Source: Pseudomonadota bacterium
GTDB taxonomy: Bacteria; Pseudomonadota; Gammaproteobacteria; Burkholderiales; Thiobacillaceae
Reading direction: 5' to 3'
Assembly (NCBI GenBank): GCA_021802945.1
Contig: JAJZRE010000004.1
Coordinates: 818 to 64,817, forward strand
DNA length: 64,000 bases
Shown here: piece by piece, positions 51,992 through 62,189 of the stretch
How positions within the stretch are numbered: position 1 is the first letter of the stretch
Layout of the letters: every line of letters begins with the position of its first letter
Notes under the pieces: generated by a model
What the model was told of the DNA's origin: nothing
Databases searched by the model: none
Seen by the model: the letters and a program-made list of their open reading frames with translations, nothing else
Made by a program: the position numbers and the translations under genes

Positions 51992-52638
51992 TGCGAAGTT
52001 CCGTCTTTACCCTGCTTGCCAATGTTCTTCTTCAGCTTCGGCGTTGCGAGGTCATCTTGGGCCGAAGGCTTCTGTTCGTAGCGCTGCACGAAGGCATCCA
52101 GCGGCTCTCGGAAGAGCCAGCCGCGCATATCGCGATCAGGTACAGCAACCTGGATCGAAACCGGCGACTCAGGCTGGCTCCGCAACGATCCGGAAAAACA
52201 AGCCACGAAGAACGCCACCGCCTCGGACGGAGACACGTAACCCTCGAACAACTCCGGTTGAACCAACGGCTCGATTGCCTTGTTCGCCACGGACATCTGC
52301 CTGCGTGTGTGGCTGCGCCGTCCGTTGATCCAGAATCCTTCTGGAATGTTGAATCTGGCGAGGGTGAAGACGCCGGTCCGGCCGGTCACGATGCCATTGC
52401 CTCGAATCGCTGTCGGCGATGCATCGCCCATGGAGAGGGCTCGCTGAAATGACTCGTTCATGTGGAAGTGCCGCATCTGGCCAACGACGTGCGGCAGATG
52501 ACCCTCATCCATTCCTCTGGCTGCTGCGTAGGCGCGTTGTGCCCCTGCAGCCAAAGCCTCCTCGATGCCCATTACGAGCCCACGAGGGATGTTGCGTAAC
52601 AGCAGATCAGGAATCGAATCTATAGAGGCGCTGGTCAT
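51988..52638 (-). CDS. Hypothetical protein, candidate toxin partner of XRE-ImmA
   Basis: 216-aa ORF with ATGA overlap onto the XRE-ImmA gene; no recognised motif. Confidence 0.65.
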   Translation of the reverse strand: MTSASIDSIPDLLLRNIPRGLVMGIEEALAAGAQRAYAAARGMDEGHLPHVVGQMRHFHMNESFQRALSMGDASPTAIRGNGIVTGRTGVFTLARFNIPEGFWINGRRSHTRRQMSVANKAIEPLVQPELFEGYVSPSEAVAFFVACFSGSLRSQPESPVSIQVAVPDRDMRGWLFREPLDAFVQRYEQKPSAQDDLATPKLKKNIGKQGKDGTSQ

Positions 52639-52953
52639 AAGTGGGAGTCCAAGTCTGATTTCGCTTAGAAGGAATATACATCAAAATACTTTCGTTTAAA
52701 ATAGATTTTTTCACATATCATTTCGACATGACCACCCCGGTCAGTGCTAACTTGTTCGAGAGGCATAAACAAATTTCGGACAAACGCTTCTTTACCATCC
52801 ACGCGTCCCGGCGTTGCCGCCGTCGGGCCCGCGGACACGCCCCGCGCCTCGTGCCGAGTCGCGGCCATGCGGCTTTGATCCCTGACGCCTCCGGCCCACC
52901 GGGCCTGCGCGCTCCGCTTGCCAAGGAGACAGTGGAGTGTGTGAGAGGCGGCC

Positions 52954-53092
52954 TTGCTGTTCCCTTCAACGTACCACGTCGTTCTCGCCGTCAAGGGCTG
53001 CGCGTGCCCTGCACGCTGGCGTCCTGGCGGCCGTCTGCGACCCCTGACTGCTGCGCTGCGCCGTGTTCCTCCGGTTCCGGGCAATTCCGCCC
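52954..53092 (+). repeat. About 140-bp structured repeat, copy 1 (upstream of radC)
   Basis: TTGCTGTTCCCTTCA...CGTTCTCGCCGTCAAGG...GCACGCTGGCGTCCTG...GCTGCGCTGCGCCGTG...CCGGGCAAT; matches 57470-57608. Confidence 0.9.
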
Positions 53093-53113
53093 AATTCGGA
53101 CTGGAGCACGATC

Positions 53114-53620
53114 ATGTCACAACTTTCTCTTTCTCTCGATTCTTCCCTTCTCGTTCGCGATGTCGCGGGCGACTACCGTCTAGCCAATGCCGATGAGGTG
53201 TTGCAGGCTGCGCAGCGTGTGCTCGCCGGGCAGATGCGCGGCTGCGAAGCGCTGACCTCGCCGCAGGTGGTGCGCGACTTCCTGCGGGTCAAGCTGGGGG
53301 CGCTGGAGCACGAGGTGTTCGGCGTCATCCACCTGGATGCGCAGAACCGTGTCATCGACTACGTCGAGATGTTTCGTGGCACGGTGAGCCAGACATCGGT
53401 GTACCCGCGCGAGGTGGTCAAGGAGGCACTGGCCAGGAATAGCGCTGCGCTGCTGCTGGTGCATAACCACCCGTCGGGTGCAGCCGAGCCATCGCGCGCC
53501 GACGAGATGCTGACGCAGACGCTGAAGTCGGCGCTGGCGCTGGTGGACGTGCGGGTGCTGGATCACCTGATCGTCGCCGGCAGCGCCATCCTGAGTTTTG
53601 CCGAACGCGGGCTGCTGTAG
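53114..53620 (+). CDS. radC: RadC-like JAB domain protein
   Basis: EHEVF, GTVSQTSVYPREV, HNHPSG...PSRAD, VLDH. Confidence 0.93.
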   Translation: MSQLSLSLDSSLLVRDVAGDYRLANADEVLQAAQRVLAGQMRGCEALTSPQVVRDFLRVKLGALEHEVFGVIHLDAQNRVIDYVEMFRGTVSQTSVYPREVVKEALARNSAALLLVHNHPSGAAEPSRADEMLTQTLKSALALVDVRVLDHLIVAGSAILSFAERGLL

Positions 53621-53624
53621 ATCT

Positions 53625-53645
53625 GGGGGCTTTGCCCCCTTTTTT
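53625..53645 (+). terminator. Intrinsic terminator after radC
   Basis: GGGGGC-TTT-GCCCCC-TTTTTT. Confidence 0.8.
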
Positions 53646-54262
53646 GCTGTGCCCTTGGTTTCGAGAAAAAAGCTGCGCGCTGCGCTTGCCTCCAGGGGTC
53701 GGCTGACGCCCACCCCGCCGCGCAGGCTTGGCGCCCCGCAAGACCGCCGAACAGGCGGCGCCTGATCGGCCTGCGCACGATGCTGTTTTCGCGCTACGCG
53801 CTTCGTTCACTTCCATCAAGGCGTGCCTGTGGCACGCAGCAGCGCTCGCCGCGCGGCGTTGGCCCGTCGATCATCTGGCCGTAAGCCGGTCATCCGTCTT
53901 TCCCTCTCCTTCATCGCTGATCCCGCGACCGTAGCCAGCGGTGCCTGTCCGTCAAGGCGCGCAGGGCCGTGTCCTCGCTGCGCTGCGGGCCGCACCAACC
54001 CTGCGCTTTCTTCCTTGACCGCCAGACCCTCGCCGGCCCGGTTGTTCGCGGGCGATGAACTCAGGAAAGACGGCGGCAACGGCGACCAGCCCAGGTCACT
54101 GCGCCGAACAAACCAAAGTCCACACCGGGCTCCGAATCTTGGAATCCGGTCAGCTTTGGAAACCATAGGAGGCCGCGCATGCAGACACCAACACCGTGAA
54201 TCACCCAGCAAGTTTTCTTCTTCCATTTTTTCAATTTCCCGCGAGGGATAGGAGCGATCACC

Positions 54263-56227
54263 ATGAACACCCTTACCCATCAAGAAACCCAGGCCATGCA
54301 CGCAGTCACCACCGCTGCCGTTACGGCATACGAGCTGCTGTTGATTCCACTGTCGCAGTTGCGTCCTTCCAGCCGCAACGTGCGCAATAGCGGCGGCGCG
54401 TCGATTCCAGAACTAGCGTCGAGCATCGCCCGCGTCGGCCTGCTGCAAAACCTCACCGTCACCGCATCGAGCGACGGCGAACATTACGAAGTCGTCGCTG
54501 GCAAGCGGCGGCTGGCCGCGTTGAAGCTGCTGGCGAAGCGACGCAAGCTCGACAGGGCGCACGACGTGCCTTGCCTGCTGGTGCCGGATACTTCGGCACG
54601 CACCGTGAGCCTGACCGAGAACGTACAGCGCGAGGCCATGCACCCCGCCGAGCAGTTCGAGGCCTTCGCCGCCTTGGTGGCCGAAGGCCGGCCAGTCGAA
54701 GACATCGCCGCCGACTTCGGCGTGACGCCCTTGGTGGTGCGGCGGCGCTTGAAGCTGGCAAACGTCTCGCCGCGCCTGCTGGCCGACTATCGCGCCGATG
54801 CGGTCACGCTCGATCAGTTGATGGCGCTGGCGATCACTGACGACCACACCGCGCAAGAGGCCGCGTTCTATGAGTCACCACAATGGCAGCGCAGCCCGCA
54901 GGCCTTGCGCGAGCACCTGACCGAACGCGAGATCGACGCCACACGCGACGCACTGGCACGCTTCGTCGGTATCGAGGCTTACGAGGCCGCAGGCGGCGGT
55001 TTGCGGCGCGACCTATTCTCTAACGATACGCGGGGAGTGTTCCTGACCGATGCGTCTTTGCTGGACAGCCTTGCGCGAGACAAGCTCGCCACCACTGCGG
55101 ACAGCGTCCGGGCAGAAGGCTGGGCATGGGTTGAAGCTGTGCCGCGCATCACGTCGGCGGAACTGCACGGGTTCCGGCATGCTCGCCGTGACCGGCGCAC
55201 GCCCAACAAGTCCGAAGCCAAGCGCATCGCCAAGCTGCAAGCGCGGCAGCAGGCCATTGAGGATAGGCTGAACGCCGACGATACCGAGGACATCGCTGAA
55301 GAAGAAGCATCGAGACTCTACGAGGAAAGCGACAAGCTCGGTGCGGAACTCGACACCATCGAGCAATCGCTGCTGGTGTTCGCGCCCGAAATGCTGGCGA
55401 TGGCTGGGGCTATCGTGACCGTCAATCACGCGGGTGAGGTCGTCATCCATCGTGGACTGCTGCGCGAGCCTGAAGCCAAGGTATTGCGGGCGCAGGAACG
55501 GCAAGGCATGCAGGCTGGCGGCGAAGGTGAGTCACAGATGCCGACTGCGCCCGGCATTTCCGAGAAGCTGACACGGCGCTTGAGCGCGCACCGCACGGCG
55601 GCGCTGCAAGCAGAAGTTGCCCGCCATCCGCAGGTGGCGCTGGTGGCAGTGGTGCATCGCCTCGCGCTGCGCGTGGTGGTCGATAGCTACGGCTCGGGTG
55701 ATTCGCCGATCAACATCAGCGCTTCGCCACAGGATGGACTCGATGCGTTTGCGCCGGACGTGGCGCAGTCGCCCGCCCTGATCGGGTTGCGGGAAGTGCG
55801 GCTGGCGTGGGCGGCACGGCTACCCAGTGACCCGGACGCGCTGTTCGCCGACCTGCTGGCGCTGCCCCAGCAGGAAGTGCTGTCGCTGCTGGCGGTGTGC
55901 GTGGCCACGACGGTGGGCGCGGTTACGCCACGTGAAGATGCGCTGCCCGCTGTTGCACTGGCGCAGGCGGCGGGCCTCGACATGCACCGGTGGTGGACAC
56001 CGACCGCCGAAGGCTACTTCGCCCATGTGTCAAAGGCCAAGGCCATCGAGGCAGTGCAGGTGTTCGCACCGGAGCACGCGGCGCGGCTCGCCAAGCTCAA
56101 GAAGAACGACCTGGCCAGCGAAGCGGAACGGCTGGCGGTAGGCACGGGTTGGCTGCCGGTGATGCTGCGGGCAGCGGTACAGGAGGCACAAGCAGAAACG
56201 CTCCCGGATACTGAGGCCAGCGAGTAA
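54263..56227 (+). CDS. ParB/RepB/Spo0J-family protein (long ICE type)
   Basis: GLLQNL, VVAGKRRLAAL, SLTENVQRE.MHP, GWLP. Confidence 0.9.
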   Translation: MNTLTHQETQAMHAVTTAAVTAYELLLIPLSQLRPSSRNVRNSGGASIPELASSIARVGLLQNLTVTASSDGEHYEVVAGKRRLAALKLLAKRRKLDRAHDVPCLLVPDTSARTVSLTENVQREAMHPAEQFEAFAALVAEGRPVEDIAADFGVTPLVVRRRLKLANVSPRLLADYRADAVTLDQLMALAITDDHTAQEAAFYESPQWQRSPQALREHLTEREIDATRDALARFVGIEAYEAAGGGLRRDLFSNDTRGVFLTDASLLDSLARDKLATTADSVRAEGWAWVEAVPRITSAELHGFRHARRDRRTPNKSEAKRIAKLQARQQAIEDRLNADDTEDIAEEEASRLYEESDKLGAELDTIEQSLLVFAPEMLAMAGAIVTVNHAGEVVIHRGLLREPEAKVLRAQERQGMQAGGEGESQMPTAPGISEKLTRRLSAHRTAALQAEVARHPQVALVAVVHRLALRVVVDSYGSGDSPINISASPQDGLDAFAPDVAQSPALIGLREVRLAWAARLPSDPDALFADLLALPQQEVLSLLAVCVATTVGAVTPREDALPAVALAQAAGLDMHRWWTPTAEGYFAHVSKAKAIEAVQVFAPEHAARLAKLKKNDLASEAERLAVGTGWLPVMLRAAVQEAQAETLPDTEASE

Positions 56228-56231
56228 GCAA

Positions 56232-56261
56232 GATGCCCCGGCGAATCTTCGCCGGGGCATC
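56232..56261. terminator. Perfect hairpin after the parB-like gene
   Basis: GATGCCCCGGCGAA-TC-TTCGCCGGGGCATC. Confidence 0.65.
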
Positions 56262-56877
56262 TATTGCACGTCGCGCGCGGCAGGTATGCCGCGCGCGTTT
56301 CAACAGCCGGCAGCCCCAAACCCCTTCCGCAAAACGCGCACCACCGCAGATGCGGGGCGCCGGAGTGCGACAGACTTTGCTGCGCCCGGTTGTGCAATGG
56401 CGCACCACCCCCGACGCCGGCGGGCAGGTCGCCAGAACGACGGCGGCTCACCGACAGGCCGTCCACCATGCCCAGCCACACCGCCACCGATCAACCCCGC
56501 GCCGATATACGAGTGGCGTTCATACTGGATGATTCGGAACTGAGCTTGACGATGAGTGGGTGCGTACCGGCGAAGCCACTGTGCGGGGATGCCGGAACCA
56601 TGCTGCCTTTCGGTGAGGATCGCACCCAACGGCGGCCTTGGCTTGTCGTGAATCCTGGCGAGGCACCGGCTGCGCCTCGGGCTTCATGGCTGCAACCGTC
56701 CAGCCCAACAAATTTCCCCGGCACTGCGTGCCTTCCTCGCGCAACAAATTTCTTGTTCCTCCCGGTCCTCCACTGCGTTGCGGCCGCTGCGCGATGCAGC
56801 CCGCCCGTACCTCGCCCTTCGGATCACCGACAAGGCCGCGATGGGCGCGACCTTGCACCACCAAAAGGAGATTCATC

Positions 56878-57183
56878 ATGGCAAACATCGGCACCTTCAC
56901 CGCACAGAACGACAGCTTCACCGGCACGGTTCGCACCCTGACGCTCAATGTCAAGGTTAAATTCATTCCGAACGCCAAGGAAAGCGAGAACGCCCCGGAC
57001 TATCGCATCGTCGCCGGCAACTTCGAGATCGGCGCGGCCTGGAAGAAAATCAGCAAGGCGGAGCGACCCTATCTGTCGGCGACCCTCGACGATCCGTCGT
57101 TCCCGGCGACCATCTACGCTCGCCTGGTCGAAGGCGAGGATGGCGTACACAACCTGATCTGGTCACGCAGCAAGGGCGACTGA
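56878..57183 (+). CDS. DUF736 family protein
   Basis: MANIGTF, APDYRI, EIGAAW, LDDPSF, LIWSR. Confidence 0.9.
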   Translation: MANIGTFTAQNDSFTGTVRTLTLNVKVKFIPNAKESENAPDYRIVAGNFEIGAAWKKISKAERPYLSATLDDPSFPATIYARLVEGEDGVHNLIWSRSKGD

Positions 57184-57469
57184 TCATCACCCTCGGCGCC
57201 CCGCCCAAGCGGCGGGGCGCTTTCGAGTTCAGCGTCCGCGTTGGACGCATTTCCGTAAAAGCGCACTTGCGGCTTCGTGCATCCGTTGTTTTTACAGGAA
57301 AGTGGCTTCGATATTTTCAGGGATCAGGAAATTCCGTGCGTCCCCCGGCTGATGCCGGGGCACGCTGTCGTGCTGCACATCGAGCCACCATTGGCGTCTC
57401 GCCCCTTCGGCTTCCATCACTGACGCCTGCGCGCTTCGCTTGCTGTAGCGGGCGACGGTGGGGGCTGGC

Positions 57470-57608
57470 TTGCTGTTCCCTTCACCATATCACGGCGTTC
57501 TCGCCGTCAAGGTCTGCGCGTGCCTTGCACGCTGGCGTCCTGCGGCCGTCTGCGAACCCTGACGGCTGCGCTGCGCCGTGCTTGTCGCGGTCCCGGGCAA
57601 TCCCGCCC
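57470..57608 (+). repeat. About 140-bp structured repeat, copy 2 (upstream of DUF2958)
   Basis: Matches 52954-53092. Confidence 0.9.
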
Positions 57609-57631
57609 TGAATCCTTCCAAGGAGAAGACC

Positions 57632-57979
57632 ATGACGAAGCTCATCACCGACGAACAACGCGCACAACTTCTGGCCAACGGCCGGCAGTCCCTCGACAAC
57701 GACGACTTCGACCCACCACCCGTGGTCAAATTGTTCATGCCTGACGCGGCTGCGACCTGGCTGCTCACCGAGATCGATCCGCACGACCACGACCATGCAT
57801 TCGGGCTGTGCGATTTGGGACAGGGCTTCCCGGAACTGGGCTATGTGAGCTTGGCCGAGCTGAAATCGGTGCGTGGCCGATTTGGCCTTCCAGTCGAGAG
57901 GGACCTGCACTTCATTGCGACGAAAGCGATCAGTGCCTATGCGCGCGAAGCGCGGCTGGCGGGACGCATCATGACGTAG
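57632..57979 (+). CDS. DUF2958 family protein
   Basis: PVVKLF.PDAAATWLLTEID, FGLCDLG.G.PELGYV, ERDLHF. Confidence 0.9.
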   Translation: MTKLITDEQRAQLLANGRQSLDNDDFDPPPVVKLFMPDAAATWLLTEIDPHDHDHAFGLCDLGQGFPELGYVSLAELKSVRGRFGLPVERDLHFIATKAISAYAREARLAGRIMT

Positions 57980-58021
57980 CCGTCACGCGGGCGCTGCCGC
58001 TGGGCAGCGCCCTTCCCTCGC

Positions 58022-58309
58022 CTATTTTCCCTTCCGCCCCTGGATAGCGGCCAGCTCGCGCCGCACGCGCTCGATGACTTCGCCCACGCCCTTGCTGTCG
58101 CCGCCATAGGCCAGCGTCAGCAAGGTGAGCGGATGCACGTCCATGACCTCGCACAGTTCGGCGACCTTGCTCAGGGTCGGGCTTTTCAGGCCACGTTCAA
58201 GCGAACTCATGTAGGTCCGGCTCGACACGTCCGAGAACGCTTCCTGGCTGAGGCCACGGGCTTTTCTGACTGTCTTGAGCGCCGCAGGGAATGTATTCTT
58301 CGGTGACAT
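58022..58309 (-). CDS. XRE-family regulator
   Basis: RKARGLSQEAF, SSRTYMSSLERGLKSPTL. Confidence 0.88.
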   Translation of the reverse strand: MSPKNTFPAALKTVRKARGLSQEAFSDVSSRTYMSSLERGLKSPTLSKVAELCEVMDVHPLTLLTLAYGGDSKGVGEVIERVRRELAAIQGRKGK

Positions 58310-58611
58310 CAAGTCGTTTCGTGTAAAACGACGATGACATCCGATAGAACCCTATAGGACTACAATCTATAGTGTTCATTTGTAGCATTCCCTGCGTAAA
58401 CTTGCGTCGGGTGTGTCTATGCTGAAACCGCTTTTACTGAAATCATGGCTTTCGTACTTACGTATTCGTCGATTCGACCCTCCACGGATTCGGTGAAATC
58501 CGATTTGGCGATTTGGCGTAGAAGCGCACTGTCACAGTCACGCTTTGGCGCATCAGCACGTTTGCGCAAAACCGACGCCGCGTTGATCATGATCGCTTGC
58601 AGGCAGCGACC

Positions 58612-58959
58612 ATGAAACCCCTCATCACCGACGATCAGCGCGCCCAACTGCTGGACAACGGCGCTGCCGCCGCGCGCGGCGAGAAACGCGACCCGTTGCC
58701 GGTCATCAAGCTATTCACCCTGGACGCGCACGCGACCTGGCTGTTGACCGAACTCGATCCCGGTGATGGCGATACCGCCTTCGGCCTGCTCGACCTTGGC
58801 ATGGGCATGCCGCAACTCGGCCATGTGCGCCTGTCCGTCCTGGAAGGCATACGCGGGCCACGGAACCTGGCCGTCGCGCGCGATCCGCATTTCACGCCCA
58901 AACGGCGACTATCCGAGTATGCCCGGCTGGCTCGGGCTGACGGATCGATCAACGACTGA
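58612..58959 (+). CDS. DUF2958 family protein (second paralogue)
   Basis: PVIKLFTLDAHATWLLTELDP, FGLLDLG.G.PQLG. Confidence 0.88.
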   Translation: MKPLITDDQRAQLLDNGAAAARGEKRDPLPVIKLFTLDAHATWLLTELDPGDGDTAFGLLDLGMGMPQLGHVRLSVLEGIRGPRNLAVARDPHFTPKRRLSEYARLARADGSIND

Positions 58960-59260
58960 TCGATCTCTGCCTCGCCGCTCGTAGGCCACTCCATGCGATT
59001 CCGCAACGGTTCGCATTAGGAAGCCATGGCGCCGGATCCAAACTTTCCTGTACTGACACTAATCTGTAAAACACCTGTGCAACGCTGTCCAAAATAATAC
59101 GAATGCACGGCCTGTTGTCGGCCACCTGATTGACTGCTGCAGCGTGCCACGCTGATCCACGGCCGTGGTAACACGCTTGCCGACGTCGGACGATAATGGG
59201 ACTGCCCACCGTGTCCCCCATTGCGATTGAACTCCTCCCATCCGAGATGGAGATTTCGCC

Positions 59261-60007
59261 ATGGCAGATTCGCGCGCCGTCCACTGGCACCCAAGCGCTG
59301 CATACCTGTATGTCCTGCACCTGGACGGTCCCGCGCTGGCATGGGAATACCTGCGGCGCAACCCGGAATACCGGCTCGCCTGGCAACACCACCGGCACCG
59401 TCCGCAACATGAAGCAGAACGCTGGGGCTTGCGCCTGCTGGAAGACCCTGCGCGCGATGCGCGCGACGCACACCCCGACTGGTTCCCTGATCCCTCCTCG
59501 GTCGTCCAGGTCTATCCGGATGCCGATCCCACTGATGATGCGCTGTTGTTCCAGCTCTGGCACATCCCCGGCCGCAAGCAGCTGATGCACGACGGCAAGC
59601 GGCTGGTGCTGACCACCCAGCTCGTCGACCGCAAGCTGCGCATGGCGATATCGCCCACACTGGAAGATGGCATGGCTTACGCCTATGCCGTCCGCGCCGG
59701 TCGCCAGCTTCGCGAGCGCTGGCGCGCAATCGAAGCCGATCTGGCTATGCTCGATGCCTATAGCGCGCACCACAGCGCGATCGCCACGGACAGACCTGGT
59801 CGCACGGCCATGCTCCACATGCGCACCCTGCAGGCGCTCGATGGAACGCTGGCTGGTGCGTCGCACCGCGGCGTGGCCGAAGTCTTGTTCGGCATCACCG
59901 CCGTCGCCGAGCGCTGGTACGACGACAGCGATCTGCGCGCCCAGGTTCGCCGCCTCATCCGGCGCGGTCAGACGCTCATGGACGGCGGCTACCAGCGCCT
60001 ACTCTGA
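59261..60007 (+). CDS. DUF6499/DUF2285 (FseA-like) ICE activator
   Basis: AWEYLRRNPEY N-terminus; LQALDG..AGAS.R, LRAQVRRL, GGYQRLL. Confidence 0.82.
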   Translation: MADSRAVHWHPSAAYLYVLHLDGPALAWEYLRRNPEYRLAWQHHRHRPQHEAERWGLRLLEDPARDARDAHPDWFPDPSSVVQVYPDADPTDDALLFQLWHIPGRKQLMHDGKRLVLTTQLVDRKLRMAISPTLEDGMAYAYAVRAGRQLRERWRAIEADLAMLDAYSAHHSAIATDRPGRTAMLHMRTLQALDGTLAGASHRGVAEVLFGITAVAERWYDDSDLRAQVRRLIRRGQTLMDGGYQRLL

Positions 60008-60141
60008 CTCGGCACGGCCGCACAGGGACGTTCGCGCGGCGGCGCAAAACATCCCTGCGCAGAACGCCTGGCTTTCCCCAGACTGCTTCCATCCGGCGGC
60101 GATTGCCTCGTCGCCGATCTTGACCGATGGAGGCCCATGCC

Positions 60142-60441
60142 ATGAGACCCGCACCGTTACGGCCGCATCCCGTACCCGCTGCCACCCAGCAGCCTTCCCA
60201 GTCCACGCAGTCTGCGCGCTACCTGACTAACAATGAAGCCGCCGAGTTCCTGCGGCTGTCGCCGCGCACGCTGGAAAAACAGCGCGTCATCGGCGGCGGG
60301 CCTCGCTTTCGCAAATTCGGCCGGCGCGTGATGTACGCCATCAGCGACCTCGAAGCGTGGGCCGATGCTCGTAGCTTTGAGATGACCTCCGATCCGCAGT
60401 ACACCGAACAACACGCCGCACACCGTACCGGCGAACGCTGA
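60142..60441 (+). CDS. AlpA/RdfS-like excisionase HTH protein
   Basis: YLTNNEAAEFLRLSPRTLEKQRVIGGGPRFRKFGRRVMY. Confidence 0.88.
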   Translation: MRPAPLRPHPVPAATQQPSQSTQSARYLTNNEAAEFLRLSPRTLEKQRVIGGGPRFRKFGRRVMYAISDLEAWADARSFEMTSDPQYTEQHAAHRTGER

Positions 60442-60463
60442 GTGAAGATGGACGCCTTCACCG

Positions 60464-61345
60464 ATGGTCATCGGGCGCGATCCGCAGCGCGAGCAGCTCG
60501 AACTGTTCCACGCCTTCTCCGGCGAGTTGCCGGCACGCGACGCGCAAGACCTGATGGCCTACCCGTTCTTCTCGCTGGCCAAGAGCAAGCGCACGGTGCC
60601 GATCGACTTTCGCACCAGCAGCGTGACAGTGCGGGTCGAAGGCACGGCCGAGCATGGCCTGGCGACCATCTGGGATGCGGACATCCTGATTTGGGCGGCG
60701 AGCCAGATCGTAGAGGCACGCGACGCGGGGATTCGCTCGTCGCGGTTGATGGCGGCCACCCCCTACGAGATCCTGCGCTTTATCGGCCGTGGTACGTCAC
60801 TGCGCGATTATCAGCGCCTCAAGGCGGCGCTGGACCGCTTGCAGTCGACCAGCGTGGCCACCTCGATCCGTCAGCACAATGCGCGGCGCCTGCACCGTTT
60901 CTCGTGGATCAACGAGTGGAAGGAACGCGCGGACGGCCAGGGCCGGCCACAGGGCATCGAGCTGATCCTGCCGGACTGGTTCTATGCCGGGGTGCTCGAC
61001 GAGAGTCTGGTGCTGACCATCGACGCCAACTACTTTCGCCTGACCGGTGGCATCGAGCGCTGGCTGTACCGCCTTGTGCGCAAGCACGGCGGCTGGCAGC
61101 GCGACGGCTGGCGCTTCGACTTCCCGCAGTTGCACCGCAAGTCCGGGAGTCTGGCGCGCTTCACCGACTTCGCCTACGACCTGCGCCGCATCGTGGCACG
61201 GCAACCCTTGCCGGGCTACACGCTCGCCATCCTGCGGCCAAGACATGGGCCGGAGGTGCTGACCTTTCGCGCCGTGCCCTCCACGGCACCACTGCGCCCC
61301 GGAGGCAGCTTCAGTGCCGCTGCAGTGCCTGTGGAAAAACGGTGA
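60464..61345 (+). CDS. repA: Replication initiator protein A
   Basis: DLMAYPFFSLAK, GLATIWDADILI, YFRLTGGIERWLY. Confidence 0.9.
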   Translation: MVIGRDPQREQLELFHAFSGELPARDAQDLMAYPFFSLAKSKRTVPIDFRTSSVTVRVEGTAEHGLATIWDADILIWAASQIVEARDAGIRSSRLMAATPYEILRFIGRGTSLRDYQRLKAALDRLQSTSVATSIRQHNARRLHRFSWINEWKERADGQGRPQGIELILPDWFYAGVLDESLVLTIDANYFRLTGGIERWLYRLVRKHGGWQRDGWRFDFPQLHRKSGSLARFTDFAYDLRRIVARQPLPGYTLAILRPRHGPEVLTFRAVPSTAPLRPGGSFSAAAVPVEKR

Positions 61346-61351
61346 ATCCAG

Positions 61352-61525
61352 TCGTGCTATCGGGAGTAGGAATACTCGTGCTATCAGGCGTAGCGCTATC
61401 GTGCCATCAGGAGTACGAACGGGTTGCAAAGCCTTGCTCAGCGTGGATTTCGGCGTTTCCTAACTTAGCTTCTAACTTAAAATCTATAAAACTAACAATA
61501 AGAAGAGCCTGCGCGCTGTGGATAA
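61352..61525. other. Candidate oriV: three 17-bp iterons, AT-rich tract and a DnaA box
   Basis: TCGTGCTATCGGGAGTA, TCGTGCTATCAGGCGTA and TCGTGCCATCAGGAGTA at 61352, 61376 and 61399; CTAACTT repeats at 61460-61497; TGTGGATAA at 61517. Confidence 0.72.
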
Positions 61526-61550
61526 ACCGGCATGCAGCAGGCAGCGCATC

Positions 61551-62189
61551 ATGATCATCGCGCTGCTCAACCAGAAAGGCGGGGTCGGCAAAACCACCCT
61601 CGCCACGCACATTGCTGGCGAGCTGGCCATGCAAGGCAGCTCAGTGATCCTAGTCGATGCAGATCCACAAGGCTCAGCGTTGGACTGGACACAACGCCGC
61701 AGCCAGAACGGTTTGCCCAGGCTGTTCGGTGCTGTCGGCCTGGCAAGGGAAACCCTGCACCAGGAAGCGCCAGAACTAGCCAGGCGCTGCGATCACATCG
61801 TCATTGACGGACCACCCCGAATTGCCGCCCTCGCGCGCTCCGCGCTGCTCGCGGCGGACCTGGTGCTGATTCCCGTTCAGCCCAGTCCCTACGACGTATG
61901 GGCCAGCGCCGAGATGGTTTCGCTGATTCGCGAAGCGCAGGTGTTCCGGCCAACGCTGCGCGCGGCCTTCGTCATCAACCGGCGCGTCAGCACCACGGTG
62001 ATCGGACGCGAGGCGCGTAGCGCACTCGCCGATCAACCGCTGCCTTCGCTGCTCTCGGAAGTTCGGCAGCGCATCGTGTTTGCCGACAGCGTGGCCAGAG
62101 GTCAGCTCGCGCTCGAACTCGACGCGGACAGCATGGCTGCACGCGAGATCGCGACGCTCGCCGATGAAGTGTTGGGGATGGCGCGATGA
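61551..62189 (+). CDS. parA: ParA-family partition ATPase
   Basis: NQKGGVGKTT, DADPQGS, IDGPP, PVQPSPYD. Confidence 0.93.
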   Translation: MIIALLNQKGGVGKTTLATHIAGELAMQGSSVILVDADPQGSALDWTQRRSQNGLPRLFGAVGLARETLHQEAPELARRCDHIVIDGPPRIAALARSALLAADLVLIPVQPSPYDVWASAEMVSLIREAQVFRPTLRAAFVINRRVSTTVIGREARSALADQPLPSLLSEVRQRIVFADSVARGQLALELDADSMAAREIATLADEVLGMAR

